From positions 414,919 to 478,918 of the forward strand of contig NZ_JMCB01000013.1 of assembly GCF_000737315.1 (NCBI RefSeq): a DNA stretch of 64,000 nucleotides. Reading direction: 5' to 3'. The number at the start of each line of letters is the position of its first letter. Position 1 is the stretch's first letter. Shown here in pieces: positions 20,630 to 30,415 of the stretch. The DNA is from Hyalangium minutum (GTDB taxonomy: Bacteria; Myxococcota; Myxococcia; Myxococcales; Myxococcaceae). The translations under genes and the position numbers were made by a program. The notes under the pieces were generated by a model. It ran no database searches. It saw only the letters and a program-made list of their open reading frames with translations, and had not been told where the DNA came from.

Positions 20630-23107
20630 ATGCTGGAGCTTGGCCCGGAAGACATCCGCCTATGCAGTTCCGCGAAGGACCGGGACGAAGCCCTCACCCT
20701 CGTGGGTCAGGCCATGGTCGAGAGCGGCTTCGTCGAGCCCGCCTATCTCGACGCCATGCGCGGCCGGGAGAAGCTGAGCAGCACCTTCCTGGGCAATGGC
20801 ATCGCCATTCCTCACGGGCTCCCCGAGGCCCGTGGCCAGGTGCTTCGCACGGGCATCGTGGTGGTGCAGTTTCCCCAGGGAGTTCCTTGGGGCGACAAGG
20901 GCCCTGTCCATCTCGCCGTCGGCATTGCCGCGAAGTCAGACGAGCATGTCCAGGTGCTCGCCAACCTGACGGGAGTACTGGGCGAGCCCGCCATTGCCGC
21001 GAAGCTCGCGGTCACGCGCGATCGCGAGGAGATTGCGGACTACCTCAATGGCAAGAAGGCCGTCACCGTCACTCTCGAGGCGGTGTCCATTCGCGGGTCC
21101 ACGATCACCGTGGTGGCTCCCTCGCCGCATGGCTTGCATGCCCGCCCCGCCACGCTGCTGGCCGAGACCGCCAAGCGCTTCAAGTCCGAGTTGGCCATCC
21201 GCGTGGGAGACAAGACGGCCAATGCCAAGAGCATCGTGTCCCTGCTGCACCTGGGCGCGAGCGGCGGGACCGAGCTGACGGTCTCCGCGGACGGTCCGGA
21301 TGCCGCCGAAGCCCTGGCTGCCATCGCCCAGGCCTTCGCGCATGGATTGGGAGAGGGCAAGGCCGAGCCCGCCGCAGTCCCTGCTCAGGCCCCCGTTCCG
21401 TCGCGGCCAGTCGTGGCTTATGGCGGCCGGGTGGTGGCAGGAGTCTCGGCCTCGCCGGGCATCGCCACCGGGCCTGTCTGGCACTTCAAGCGCGAGCGCC
21501 TGGTGGTGCACCCGCACGCTCCAGATCCCGAACTCCAACGCGATCGGCTCGCCCAGGCGCTGGCGGGAGCAACGGCGGAGCTGAACAACCTCTATCAGGA
21601 GTTCTGGAAGAAGGCGGGTACGGCCAAGGCCGACATCTTCAAGGCCCACCTCGAGCTGCTCGATGACCCCGAGATGGTCTCAGAGGCTCAGCGCCGCATC
21701 GGCACCGGCGAGAGCGCGGGCTGGGCCTGGCGCGAGACCTACGAGGAGCGCGCCGTCACCTTGAGCAAGCTCGCGGACTCGCTGCTGGCGGCCCGTGCAG
21801 GGGATCTGCGTGACGTGGGCCGGCGCGTGCTGCGCTTCCTGGCTGATGAAGTCGAAGGCGAGACGTCGCTGCCCAGTCATCCGGTGATCATCCTCGCCGA
21901 GGATCTGGCTCCCTCGGACACGGCCCGGTTGGATCCGCGTGAGGTGTTGGGCCTTTGCACTGCGGCTGGTGGCGCCACTTCGCACACGGCCATCATCGCT
22001 CGCTCGCTGGATCTTCCGGCTGTGGTCGCGGCCGGGCCGTCGGTGCTCGATCTCCAGAACGGACAAGAGTGCATCCTCGATGGCGACAACGGCGTCCTCG
22101 TCGCCGAGCCGCTCCAGTCCGACCGGGACATGGCCGGCGAGCGCAAGCGCGAGTCGCTCCTCCGGCGCGAGGAAGAGCGGCGCAGCTGCTACCAGCCCGC
22201 GATCACCACGGACGGTGTCCGGATCGAGGTCGTGGCCAACATCGCCAAGCCCTCGGAGGCAGAGACGGCCATCAATAGTGGCGCCGAGGGCATCGGCCTG
22301 ATGCGCACGGAGTTCCTGTTCCTCGAGCGTGACACCCCTCCGAGCGAGGAAGAGCAGGTCGCTGCCTACGAGACCATCCTTCGGGCCATGAACGGGCTGC
22401 CGGTCATCCTGCGCACGCTGGACATCGGCGGAGACAAGGAGGTGCCGTACCTCTCCATGCCAGCCGAGAAGAATCCGTTCCTCGGGGTGCGCGGCCTTCG
22501 GCTGTGTCTGCAGCGCCAGGATCTGTTCCGCACGCAGTTGCGAGCCATTTTCCGGGCCTCGCGGCTCGGGCCAGTGCGGTTGATGTTCCCCATGGTCACC
22601 ATGCTGAGCGAGCTGGTTCAGGCCAAGGCCATCGCGGAGGAGGTCCGCCGCGAGGTCGGCGCCAAGCCGCAGGAGGTGGGCATCATGATCGAGGTGCCCG
22701 CAGCCGTGGTCCTGGCCGATCAGCTCGCCACCGAGGTGGATTTCTTCTCCATCGGTACCAATGACCTGACGCAGTACGTGCTGGCCATGGATCGGATGCA
22801 TCCTGTCCTGGCGCCGCAGGCGGATGGACTCCACCCGGCCGTGCTGCGCATGGTCCAGCAGACGGTGCAGGCCGCCCGGCGCGCGGGCATCTGGGTGGGC
22901 GCCTGTGGCGGCATCGCGGGAGATCCGGCGGGAGCGATGATGCTGGCGGGCCTCGGCGTCGTCGAGCTCAGTGTCAGCATCCCCAGCATCGCGGCCATCA
23001 AGGCGCGCATGCGGGGGCTCGCCATGAACCGGCTGCAGGAACTGGCTCGGAAAGCACTCGATTGCCGGAGCGCCGCGGAAGTCCGAGCCCTGGCCGCCGG
23101 AGGCTGA
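20630..23107 (+). CDS. fruB: Fructose PTS multiphosphoryl transfer protein EIIA-HPr-EI
   Basis: EIIA GIAIPHG, HPr GLHARPA, EI GATSHTAI, GIGLMRTEF and SIGTNDLTQY. Start at MLELGPED with an RBS. Confidence 0.93.
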   Translation: MLELGPEDIRLCSSAKDRDEALTLVGQAMVESGFVEPAYLDAMRGREKLSSTFLGNGIAIPHGLPEARGQVLRTGIVVVQFPQGVPWGDKGPVHLAVGIAAKSDEHVQVLANLTGVLGEPAIAAKLAVTRDREEIADYLNGKKAVTVTLEAVSIRGSTITVVAPSPHGLHARPATLLAETAKRFKSELAIRVGDKTANAKSIVSLLHLGASGGTELTVSADGPDAAEALAAIAQAFAHGLGEGKAEPAAVPAQAPVPSRPVVAYGGRVVAGVSASPGIATGPVWHFKRERLVVHPHAPDPELQRDRLAQALAGATAELNNLYQEFWKKAGTAKADIFKAHLELLDDPEMVSEAQRRIGTGESAGWAWRETYEERAVTLSKLADSLLAARAGDLRDVGRRVLRFLADEVEGETSLPSHPVIILAEDLAPSDTARLDPREVLGLCTAAGGATSHTAIIARSLDLPAVVAAGPSVLDLQNGQECILDGDNGVLVAEPLQSDRDMAGERKRESLLRREEERRSCYQPAITTDGVRIEVVANIAKPSEAETAINSGAEGIGLMRTEFLFLERDTPPSEEEQVAAYETILRAMNGLPVILRTLDIGGDKEVPYLSMPAEKNPFLGVRGLRLCLQRQDLFRTQLRAIFRASRLGPVRLMFPMVTMLSELVQAKAIAEEVRREVGAKPQEVGIMIEVPAAVVLADQLATEVDFFSIGTNDLTQYVLAMDRMHPVLAPQADGLHPAVLRMVQQTVQAARRAGIWVGACGGIAGDPAGAMMLAGLGVVELSVSIPSIAAIKARMRGLAMNRLQELARKALDCRSAAEVRALAAGG

Positions 23108-23123
23108 GAGAGGAGGCACTTCG

Positions 23124-24068
23124 ATGCAGGCTGAAGGAGTGGCGACGGTGACGCTCAACGCCGCGCTCGATCATTCGCTGGAGTGCCCCGGCTTTCGCGC
23201 GGGAGCGGTCAACCGTGTCATCTCGCACTGGGTGGATCCCGGAGGCAAGGGCATCAACGTGGCAGCCTTCTTGGCCGGCTGGGTGCGCCCCGTCACTGCG
23301 GCGGGTTTTCTCGGGCGCGACAACGTCCAGCCCTTCGAGGCGCTCTTCCGCGCCAAGGGCATCGAGGATCGGTGCCGCCGCGTGGCCGGTGAGACGCGCG
23401 TGAACCTCAAGGTCCTGGATCCGGCGGGGAATCAGGTCACCGACATCAACCTGCCGGGCGTGAAGGTGGGTGAGGAGGACTGGGCGACGCTCAAGCAGGA
23501 CCTGGAGTCTCTGGCCGGGACAAGGCGCTGGTTTGTCCTCTCGGGCAGTCTCCCCGCAGGCCTGCCTGAGGACGCCTATGCCGAGTTGGTTTGCCTGCTG
23601 CGCCGCAAGGGAGGCCTCGTGGCGCTCGACGCCAGTGGCCCTTCCATGCGGCTGGGCGTGGCGGAGGGGCCAGACCTCATCAAGCCCAACATCCATGAGC
23701 TCGAGGAGCTGCTGGGGCGAAAGCTGCCGAAGCGCGAGGACGTGCTGGCCGCCGCGCGAGGGTTGGTGGCCCAAGGCATCGGCCGGGTTGTCGTCTCGAT
23801 GGGCGCTGACGGTGCGCTGTTGGTTGAGCGGGGCAGGGCGCTGTTCGCCAAGCCGCCTCCCGTCGAGGTGGTGAGCACGGTGGGAGCGGGCGACGCCATG
23901 TTGTCGGGAGTGCTCGCGAGTCTGGCCGGGGGAGGGGACTTGGAGGAGTGCGCCCGGCGGGGCACGGCCTTCGCGGTAGGCACCCTGACGCGGCACGGGC
24001 CGGTCCTGCCACCTCGCGCGGAGGTGGAGACGCTCATGGCGCGAGTGAAAGTGGAAGAGGTCGGCTGA
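23124..24068 (+). CDS. fruK: 1-phosphofructokinase (PfkB family)
   Basis: TLNAALD, GGKGINVA, KPNIHEL and STVGAGDA; operon context. Confidence 0.92.
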   Translation: MQAEGVATVTLNAALDHSLECPGFRAGAVNRVISHWVDPGGKGINVAAFLAGWVRPVTAAGFLGRDNVQPFEALFRAKGIEDRCRRVAGETRVNLKVLDPAGNQVTDINLPGVKVGEEDWATLKQDLESLAGTRRWFVLSGSLPAGLPEDAYAELVCLLRRKGGLVALDASGPSMRLGVAEGPDLIKPNIHELEELLGRKLPKREDVLAAARGLVAQGIGRVVVSMGADGALLVERGRALFAKPPPVEVVSTVGAGDAMLSGVLASLAGGGDLEECARRGTAFAVGTLTRHGPVLPPRAEVETLMARVKVEEVG

Positions 24069-24097
24069 ACGCGTCGTTAGGAGAAGGAGAAGCTTCG

Positions 24098-25933
24098 ATG
24101 GCCAAGCTCGTCGCGGTCACCGCCTGTCCCACCGGCATTGCCCATACGCTCATGGCCGCCGAGGCCCTGAGGAAAGTCGCCACGACGCGCGGCCACTCGA
24201 TCGAGGTCGAGACTCAGGGCTCGGAGGGTGTGAAGGCACCGCTGTCGGAGCGCGCCCTGGCCGAGGCAGATGCGGTCATCATCGCCGCCGACATCCAGGT
24301 CGACACCGGCCGGTTCGCGGGCAAGCCCATCCACCGCACCTCGACCGCTGTGGCCATCCGCGAGACCGATGCCGTCATCGCCGCCGCGCTGGAAGCGGCC
24401 CGTGTCGCTGCGGCTGGAGGCTCCGCCCTGGCCCCCGGCGCGTCACTGGCTGCCACCCCACCGGTCTCCACTCCCGTGGTCGTGACACCCACGGCGGCTA
24501 CCTCGGGAGCTCCGGCGCGGCGCGGGAAGCTGGTGGCCATCACCGCGTGTCCCACCGGCATCGCCCACACTTTCATGGCTGCCGAAGCCTTGAAGAAGGC
24601 GGCTGCGGATGCGGGCTACGACATCAAGGTGGAGACGCAGGGCTCGGTGGGCGCGAAGAACACGCTGACGGACGAGGAGATCGCCGAGGCCGAGGCCGTC
24701 ATCATCGGCGCTGACACGCACGTGACGCTGGAGCGCTTCACCGGCAAGCGCCTGCTGCGGACCTCGGTCGGTGATGCGCTGAAGCGGCCCAAGGCGGTGA
24801 TCGCCGAGGCCCTGGCCCTGCCCATGCCGCAAGGAGGCCCCGCGCTCTCCGAGCAGGTCGCCGCCGCCAAGACCGTGCGCAAGGGCCAGGAGACCGGTCC
24901 CTACAAGCACCTGCTGACAGGCGTGTCCTTCATGCTGCCCATGGTGGTCGCGGGCGGCCTCCTCATTGCGCTCTCGTTCGTCTTTGGGATCCAGGCCGCG
25001 CAAGAGAAGGGCTCGCTCGCCGAGGCTCTGATGCAGAGTGGCCAGGCCGCCTTCGCGCTGATGGTCCCTGTGCTGGCCGGCTATGTCGCCTTCTCCATCG
25101 CGGATCGGCCGGGCCTGACTCCGGGGCTCGTGGGCGGGATGCTGGCGGTGCAGCTCAAGGCGGGTTTCCTGGGCGGCATCCTCGCGGGCTTTCTGGCCGG
25201 CTACCTCGCCCGGTGGCTGCGGGACTTCATCAAGCTGCCGCGGAACCTCGAGGGACTGAAGCCCGTCCTCATCCTCCCGCTCCTGTCCACGCTCGTGGTG
25301 GGGCTGGTGATGATCTACGTCATCGGCACGCCGGTGGCCTTCCTCATGGACGCGCTGACGAACTTCCTCCAGGGACTGAGCGGCGCCAACGCGGTGCTCC
25401 TGGGTGCGCTGCTGGGCGGGATGATGGCGCTGGACATGGGCGGGCCGCTCAACAAGGCCGCCTACGCGTTCTCCGTCGGGCTGCTGGCCAGCAACACCTA
25501 TACCCCCATGGCGGCGGTGATGGCGGCCGGCATGACGCCTCCGCTGGGGCTGGCGCTGGCGACGCGGCTGGCCCCCAAGCGCTTCACCCTGCAAGAGCGC
25601 GAGGCGGGCGGGGCTGCGGCTGTGCTCGGACTGGCCTTCATCACCGAGGGGGCTATTCCCTTCGCCGCCAAGGATCCGCTTCGCGTCATCCCGTGCCTGG
25701 TGCTCGGCTCGGCCGTGGCGGGGAGCCTCTCCATGGTGTTCTCGGTGAACCTGCGCGCGCCCCATGGAGGGATCTTCGTGTTGGCCATCCCCGGAGCCGT
25801 CACGCCGCTGCTGCCGTTCGGGCTCGCCATCCTCGCGGGCACGGTGGTCACGGCCCTGGCCATCATGGCTCTCAAGCGAACCGTGCCCGGAGAGGAGCCC
25901 AGCGTGGGTGTCGCGGGCAAGCTGCCTGCCTGA
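24098..25933 (+). CDS. fruA: PTS fructose-specific EIIB-EIIB-EIIC
   Basis: Two TACPTGIAHT domains. EIIC motifs DMGGPLNKAAY and FITEGAIPFA. Confidence 0.94.
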   Translation: MAKLVAVTACPTGIAHTLMAAEALRKVATTRGHSIEVETQGSEGVKAPLSERALAEADAVIIAADIQVDTGRFAGKPIHRTSTAVAIRETDAVIAAALEAARVAAAGGSALAPGASLAATPPVSTPVVVTPTAATSGAPARRGKLVAITACPTGIAHTFMAAEALKKAAADAGYDIKVETQGSVGAKNTLTDEEIAEAEAVIIGADTHVTLERFTGKRLLRTSVGDALKRPKAVIAEALALPMPQGGPALSEQVAAAKTVRKGQETGPYKHLLTGVSFMLPMVVAGGLLIALSFVFGIQAAQEKGSLAEALMQSGQAAFALMVPVLAGYVAFSIADRPGLTPGLVGGMLAVQLKAGFLGGILAGFLAGYLARWLRDFIKLPRNLEGLKPVLILPLLSTLVVGLVMIYVIGTPVAFLMDALTNFLQGLSGANAVLLGALLGGMMALDMGGPLNKAAYAFSVGLLASNTYTPMAAVMAAGMTPPLGLALATRLAPKRFTLQEREAGGAAAVLGLAFITEGAIPFAAKDPLRVIPCLVLGSAVAGSLSMVFSVNLRAPHGGIFVLAIPGAVTPLLPFGLAILAGTVVTALAIMALKRTVPGEEPSVGVAGKLPA

Positions 25934-26040
25934 GGAACTGCCGAGCCTCATTCATATTTCGTCATCCGCGAGTCATGCCTGCTTAAGACCTGTCACCGAG
26001 GCTGACGCCATGGCCTGACAGCGAGGAGCTGGCGCTGGGC

Positions 26041-26871
26041 ATGGAGGACTGCGTGAAGCACGACGAAAAGAAGCCTGTGGGGTTGTTGTTGCCTCGGCGG
26101 ACGTTGATCCGGGGCGTGGGGATTGCGTTGGCCATGGCGCCATTCGCGCAGCTGCTCGCGTGTGGTGGTGGCACGGACGATGGCAGTGGCACGGATGATG
26201 GTGGTGGCAAGGGCAACGGAACCTGGGCCACGGGCGGCACCGCCGCGATGTCAGGCAACTATCCGGACCCGTTCGCCTCGGGCATTGGGAGCGCCTGTAC
26301 CGTCTACAAGGCCGCCACGCTGGGGCCCTGCTACGCAGCCACCGTGGATCGCAAGGACATCAGCGAGGCGCAGCCGGGCCTTCCCGTGCGGCTGGCCTTC
26401 TTGATCGTCAACCCGTCCTGCCAGCCGGTGCCGGGAGCGACCGTCGACGTGTGGCACACCAACCCAGCAGGCCTGTACTCGGGCAGCGACGCGTCCAACA
26501 TGTGCACCAACGGCAATGCCGCGGCGCGCGCCTCGCGCTGGTTCCGAGGCATCCGCGCGACGGACGCCAATGGGCGTGTCGACTTCGACACCTGCTTCCC
26601 GGGTTGGTACAGCAGCCGCACCATCCATATCCACTTCACGGTTCGCGTGGGCGGGACGGAGTACCTCACCTCGCAGCTGTTCTTCGAAGACGCGCTCAAC
26701 AACGAGATCATCTCGACGCAGACGCTCTACAGCTCGCGTGGCGCCAAGGACACCACCAACGTGAACGACAACGTGCTGCGCCAGAGCGGGCTGACCGACT
26801 ACTACTTCCAGACGCAGAAGATGGACGACGGAGCGCTGCTGGCCTGGAAGACGATCGTCGTCCACGCCTGA
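26041..26871 (+). CDS. Exported intradiol ring-cleavage dioxygenase-like lipoprotein
   Basis: Tat-like PRRTLI followed by QLLAC lipobox, GPCY, DVWH and PGWYSSRTIHIHF. Confidence 0.85.
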   Translation: MEDCVKHDEKKPVGLLLPRRTLIRGVGIALAMAPFAQLLACGGGTDDGSGTDDGGGKGNGTWATGGTAAMSGNYPDPFASGIGSACTVYKAATLGPCYAATVDRKDISEAQPGLPVRLAFLIVNPSCQPVPGATVDVWHTNPAGLYSGSDASNMCTNGNAAARASRWFRGIRATDANGRVDFDTCFPGWYSSRTIHIHFTVRVGGTEYLTSQLFFEDALNNEIISTQTLYSSRGAKDTTNVNDNVLRQSGLTDYYFQTQKMDDGALLAWKTIVVHA

Positions 26872-26873
26872 GT

Positions 26874-27404
26874 TCAGCGCGGCGCCTGCTCCTGCCTGCG
26901 TCCCAGGAGCACGAAGGCGATCAGTCCGAGCAGCAGCGGTAGCCCTGCTCCGCCCGCTGCTGCACAGCCCCAGCCCAGCGGCGATTCCTTGTCGCCGCCC
27001 TGGCCGTCACCGGTGCCACCATCCGGTGGCTCACTCGGGCCGCCATCTGGATTGACGGCGCCACCGTCCGGTTCGCCCTCACCGGCGTCAGGGCTACCCG
27101 GGCCGCCATCCGGTTCGCCCGTACCGCCGTCGGGCTCGACCACTCCACCGTCCGGGAGCGTGACCACCACACCGCTGGATTGAGCACCCTGGGTGAGGCC
27201 CACTGGGTTCGAGGCTCGGACGGTGACGAGGTATTTCTGGCCGACCCGCAGGTTCAGCCCCGTGGCCGTGGAGCGCATGGGCGTGTCCGTGGGAGCAAAA
27301 TCCCGGATCGCCGTCGCATTCTCCGGGGTTCCGATGGCCCACTCATAGCCCGTGGTGATGGGCGCCAGTTGGTAGGTGAACTCGGTCCAGGTCGCGAAGA
27401 GTAA
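26874..27404 (-). pseudogene. C-terminal remnant of a MYXO-CTERM surface protein (FN3-like strand set, PDGG linker, sorting signal)
   Basis: YEWAIGT...YLVTVRASN, PDGG repeats, then GWGCAAAGGAGLPLLLGLIAFVLLGRR. No signal peptide or credible start. Confidence 0.7.
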
Positions 27405-27575
27405 CACGTGCGCCCCCTGGCACCACCGTCCCCAAAACGCACTTCGCCGTCCCAGAAACGGACACGCCTGCTCGACACGGAGCGGCCCTTTGGCCGGTAG
27501 GATGGGAGGCTCTCCAGCCATCGGCGTTCGGGGCGCACGGTGGGTGAAAGTCTCTCTCTGCAGGCAGGTACAGCG

Positions 27576-28670
27576 ATGACGGAAGCAGAACTTCTCAAAG
27601 AGGCGGAGCGGCTCCAGGCGCTCTTGGCTGAGCACGCCACCCGGCACGATCGGGACACCACCTTCCCCGAAGAGGGGAGGGAGGCCATGGTCCGCTCCCC
27701 GCTCAATACGATGCTTCAGGACGGGTCATCCTGGCTGACCTTCGGGCGGGTGATCAGCCTCTTGGCGCAAGGAGATGCCTCCTTTGCCACGGCCTGGCTG
27801 ATGCACCAGGGAGCTGCCGAGGTCCTGCGGTTTCTGGGGGAGCCCTCGCAGGTGGCCCACTTCGATGCGGAGTTCCGCCGCGGCGCTTGGTTCGGCAACG
27901 CGCTGGGCGAGCCGACCAGTGGCAACCAGTTCCTCATGCCGCAGCAGCAGGCCCGCAAGGGGGAGGGAGGTTGGCGCCTTACGGGAGCCAAGCGCTTCGT
28001 CTCCGGCGGCGAGCACGCGAAGTACCTGATTACCAGCGCGCTGTGTGAGGGACAGCCTCGCTTCTTCCTCATCGACAAGAATGCCTCCATCCGGGTCGAA
28101 GAGATTTGGGATCCGATGGGCATGCGGGCCACACGCAGCCAGCTCCTGCACTTCCAGGACACGCTGCTGCCGGAGTCCCGGGAGCTGAAGATCGATCCCA
28201 CCGCGCCCAATGCCATCTCGGGGGGGCTGTCGTGGATCTCCATTGGAATTGCCGAGGCGGCCATGCGCTTCGCGATCGGCTACGCGAAGGAGCGCCGGCT
28301 GCCTCCAGAGAACAAGCCGCTCGCGGAGATGCAGTGGATTCAGTTCGCCATCGCGGACATGAGCATCCGCCTGGAGGCGGCGCGATCGCTGGCCATGCGC
28401 TCGGCCACTGCCTCGGACCAGCGTGCCCCGGACTTCCCCGTGCTGCAGATGCAGGCCAAGGTGGTGGCCAACGAGGCGGCGGTGGCCATCACCACAGCGG
28501 CGCTGGAGATCGCCGGAGGCTCGGGCTACCTGCGCAGCCGCCCCGTGGAGCGCTACGTGCGCGATGCCATGAGCGGGCCGGTGATGGCGTGGTCCGCGCC
28601 CGTCATCCGCGACTTCCTGGGCAAGGCGCTGCTGGGGTTGATGGGGCCCATGGGCCCGCCGCCGGGCTGA
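27576..28670 (+). CDS. Acyl-CoA dehydrogenase-fold flavoprotein
   Basis: LGEPTSG, LTGAKRFVSGG, WDPMGMRATRS and GGSGYL...VERYVRDA. Confidence 0.85.
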   Translation: MTEAELLKEAERLQALLAEHATRHDRDTTFPEEGREAMVRSPLNTMLQDGSSWLTFGRVISLLAQGDASFATAWLMHQGAAEVLRFLGEPSQVAHFDAEFRRGAWFGNALGEPTSGNQFLMPQQQARKGEGGWRLTGAKRFVSGGEHAKYLITSALCEGQPRFFLIDKNASIRVEEIWDPMGMRATRSQLLHFQDTLLPESRELKIDPTAPNAISGGLSWISIGIAEAAMRFAIGYAKERRLPPENKPLAEMQWIQFAIADMSIRLEAARSLAMRSATASDQRAPDFPVLQMQAKVVANEAAVAITTAALEIAGGSGYLRSRPVERYVRDAMSGPVMAWSAPVIRDFLGKALLGLMGPMGPPPG

Positions 28671-28685
28671 GGCCGGGCGCGCACC

Positions 28686-30344
28686 TTAGATCTCGGCGAC
28701 GGGCAGGTAGACCCTGAAGGTGGTGCCCTGCCCAAGGGTGCTGTCCACCTCGATGCGGCCGTGGTGGCGGGAGATGATGCTCTGGCTGACGGAGAGGCCC
28801 AGGCCGGTGCCCTGGCCTCGAGGCTTGGTGGTGAAGAAGGGCGTGAAGAGCTTGGCGCGCGTCTCCGGCTCCATACCCTTGCCCGTGTCCGAGATGCTCA
28901 CCACCACCTCGTTGCCCTCGTGCCGCGTACGGATGCGGATGACACCCTGCTTCTCGATGGACTGGGCCGCGTTCACGAGCAGGTTGGTGAAGACCTGGGC
29001 CAGCTGGTTCGGGTGGCAGAGCAGCATCGGCAGCTCTCCGAAGTCCCGTTCCACCGTGCACTTGTATTTGAGCTCGTTCCACACCACGCGCAGCGTGGAC
29101 TCCAGCTCCGTGTTCAGCTGGGCCAACTGAAGCTCGCCCGAGTCCTCCCGCGCGAACATGCGCAGGCTCTGGACGATCTCCTTGATGCGCCGCGCGCCCT
29201 CCAGGGACTCCTCGATGACGACGGGCAGATCCTCGAGGATGTCGCCCACGTTCGTGCTCTTCCACTGCTCCTTCTGCTGCTCCAGCAGCGGGGTGATCGT
29301 GGAGACGTACTGGGCAAGCGTGGCCAGGTTGCTCAGCACGTAGCCCACCGGGCTGCTGATCTCATGCGCCACGCCGGCCGCCATTTGCCCTAGGGAGGCC
29401 AGCTTCTCCGCCTGGATGAGCTGTACCTGCCGCTCCTCCAGCTCCCGCGTCGTCTGGAGCAGTGTCTCGGTACGGCTCTGCACCAGCTCCTCCAGGTGAT
29501 CGCGGTGGCGCCGCAGCTCCTCCTCCTGCTGGTGCAGCCGCTCCTCGGCCAGCTTCCGCTCGGTGATGTTCCGGATGATGCAGACCGCCTCGTCCGGCGC
29601 ACTGCGGATGATGCGCGACTCGTAGTGCTGGAGCCGGCCACCCACCGGCAGCTGGTACTCGAAGACCTCCAAGGTGCCCTGGTCGATGGCTCGCTCCAGA
29701 TGCAGGACGATCTTGTTGATGAGCGATGGCTCCATCGGCAGCTGCCGGATGTTGGTGCCGATGAGGGACTGGGGGGAGATGACCAGCTCGTCAGGCTTGT
29801 TGACGATGAAGTCCAGGTAGGTGCCGTCCCGGTGCTGCCGGAAGATGAGATCCGGCAGGGCGCTGAGCAGGGCGCGCATCCGCTCTTCGTTGCGCTTGCT
29901 GGCGGTGATCTCCACGTTGGTTCCCACCACGCGCACCGGATGGCCCTGCTCATCCCGAGCGATCACGCGGGCGCGGCTGAGCTGCCAGCTCCACTGGCCA
30001 TCTTTGCGCCGCAGGCGCACCTCCCGCTCGAAGCGCGGGGTGTGGCCCGCCAGATGGGCATCCATGCCCTCCCTGAGCGCGGGTCGATCGTCCGGGTGGA
30101 GCAGCTCCATCAGGTCTTGCAGCCTCGAGCCCAGCTCTCCCTCGGCATAGCCCAGCGTCGTCCGCCAGCGGCTGGTGACGAGCAGCTCATCGGTGGGGCA
30201 GTTCCAGATCCAGATGCACTCGTCCAGCGTCTCCAGGGCGAGCATCAGGCTCGTCAGGTTCGTCTCGAGGGCACGCCTCGGCGCATGGGGGCGCTCGGCC
30301 TGTTCACGGGCCAGGGACTCCGGTTTGAAGGAGGCAGTGGACAT
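28686..30344 (-). CDS. PAS-PAS sensor histidine kinase
   Basis: Two PAS domains, H-box AHEISSP, N-box QVFTNLLVNA, and G-boxes DTGKG, FFTTK and GTGLGL. Confidence 0.93.
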   Translation of the reverse strand: MSTASFKPESLAREQAERPHAPRRALETNLTSLMLALETLDECIWIWNCPTDELLVTSRWRTTLGYAEGELGSRLQDLMELLHPDDRPALREGMDAHLAGHTPRFEREVRLRRKDGQWSWQLSRARVIARDEQGHPVRVVGTNVEITASKRNEERMRALLSALPDLIFRQHRDGTYLDFIVNKPDELVISPQSLIGTNIRQLPMEPSLINKIVLHLERAIDQGTLEVFEYQLPVGGRLQHYESRIIRSAPDEAVCIIRNITERKLAEERLHQQEEELRRHRDHLEELVQSRTETLLQTTRELEERQVQLIQAEKLASLGQMAAGVAHEISSPVGYVLSNLATLAQYVSTITPLLEQQKEQWKSTNVGDILEDLPVVIEESLEGARRIKEIVQSLRMFAREDSGELQLAQLNTELESTLRVVWNELKYKCTVERDFGELPMLLCHPNQLAQVFTNLLVNAAQSIEKQGVIRIRTRHEGNEVVVSISDTGKGMEPETRAKLFTPFFTTKPRGQGTGLGLSVSQSIISRHHGRIEVDSTLGQGTTFRVYLPVAEI

Positions 30345-30415
30345 GGGGCGGGATCAAGGCTCTACCTAACTGTAGCCCGCACCGCACGCAGCCCAATCCC
30401 TGCTTCCAGCGAATC

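Noticed and set aside
26960-27170. Repetitive DNA (CCGTCCGG/GCCACC-like units)
   Set aside because: Explained by the PDGG peptide linker of the MYXO-CTERM remnant.
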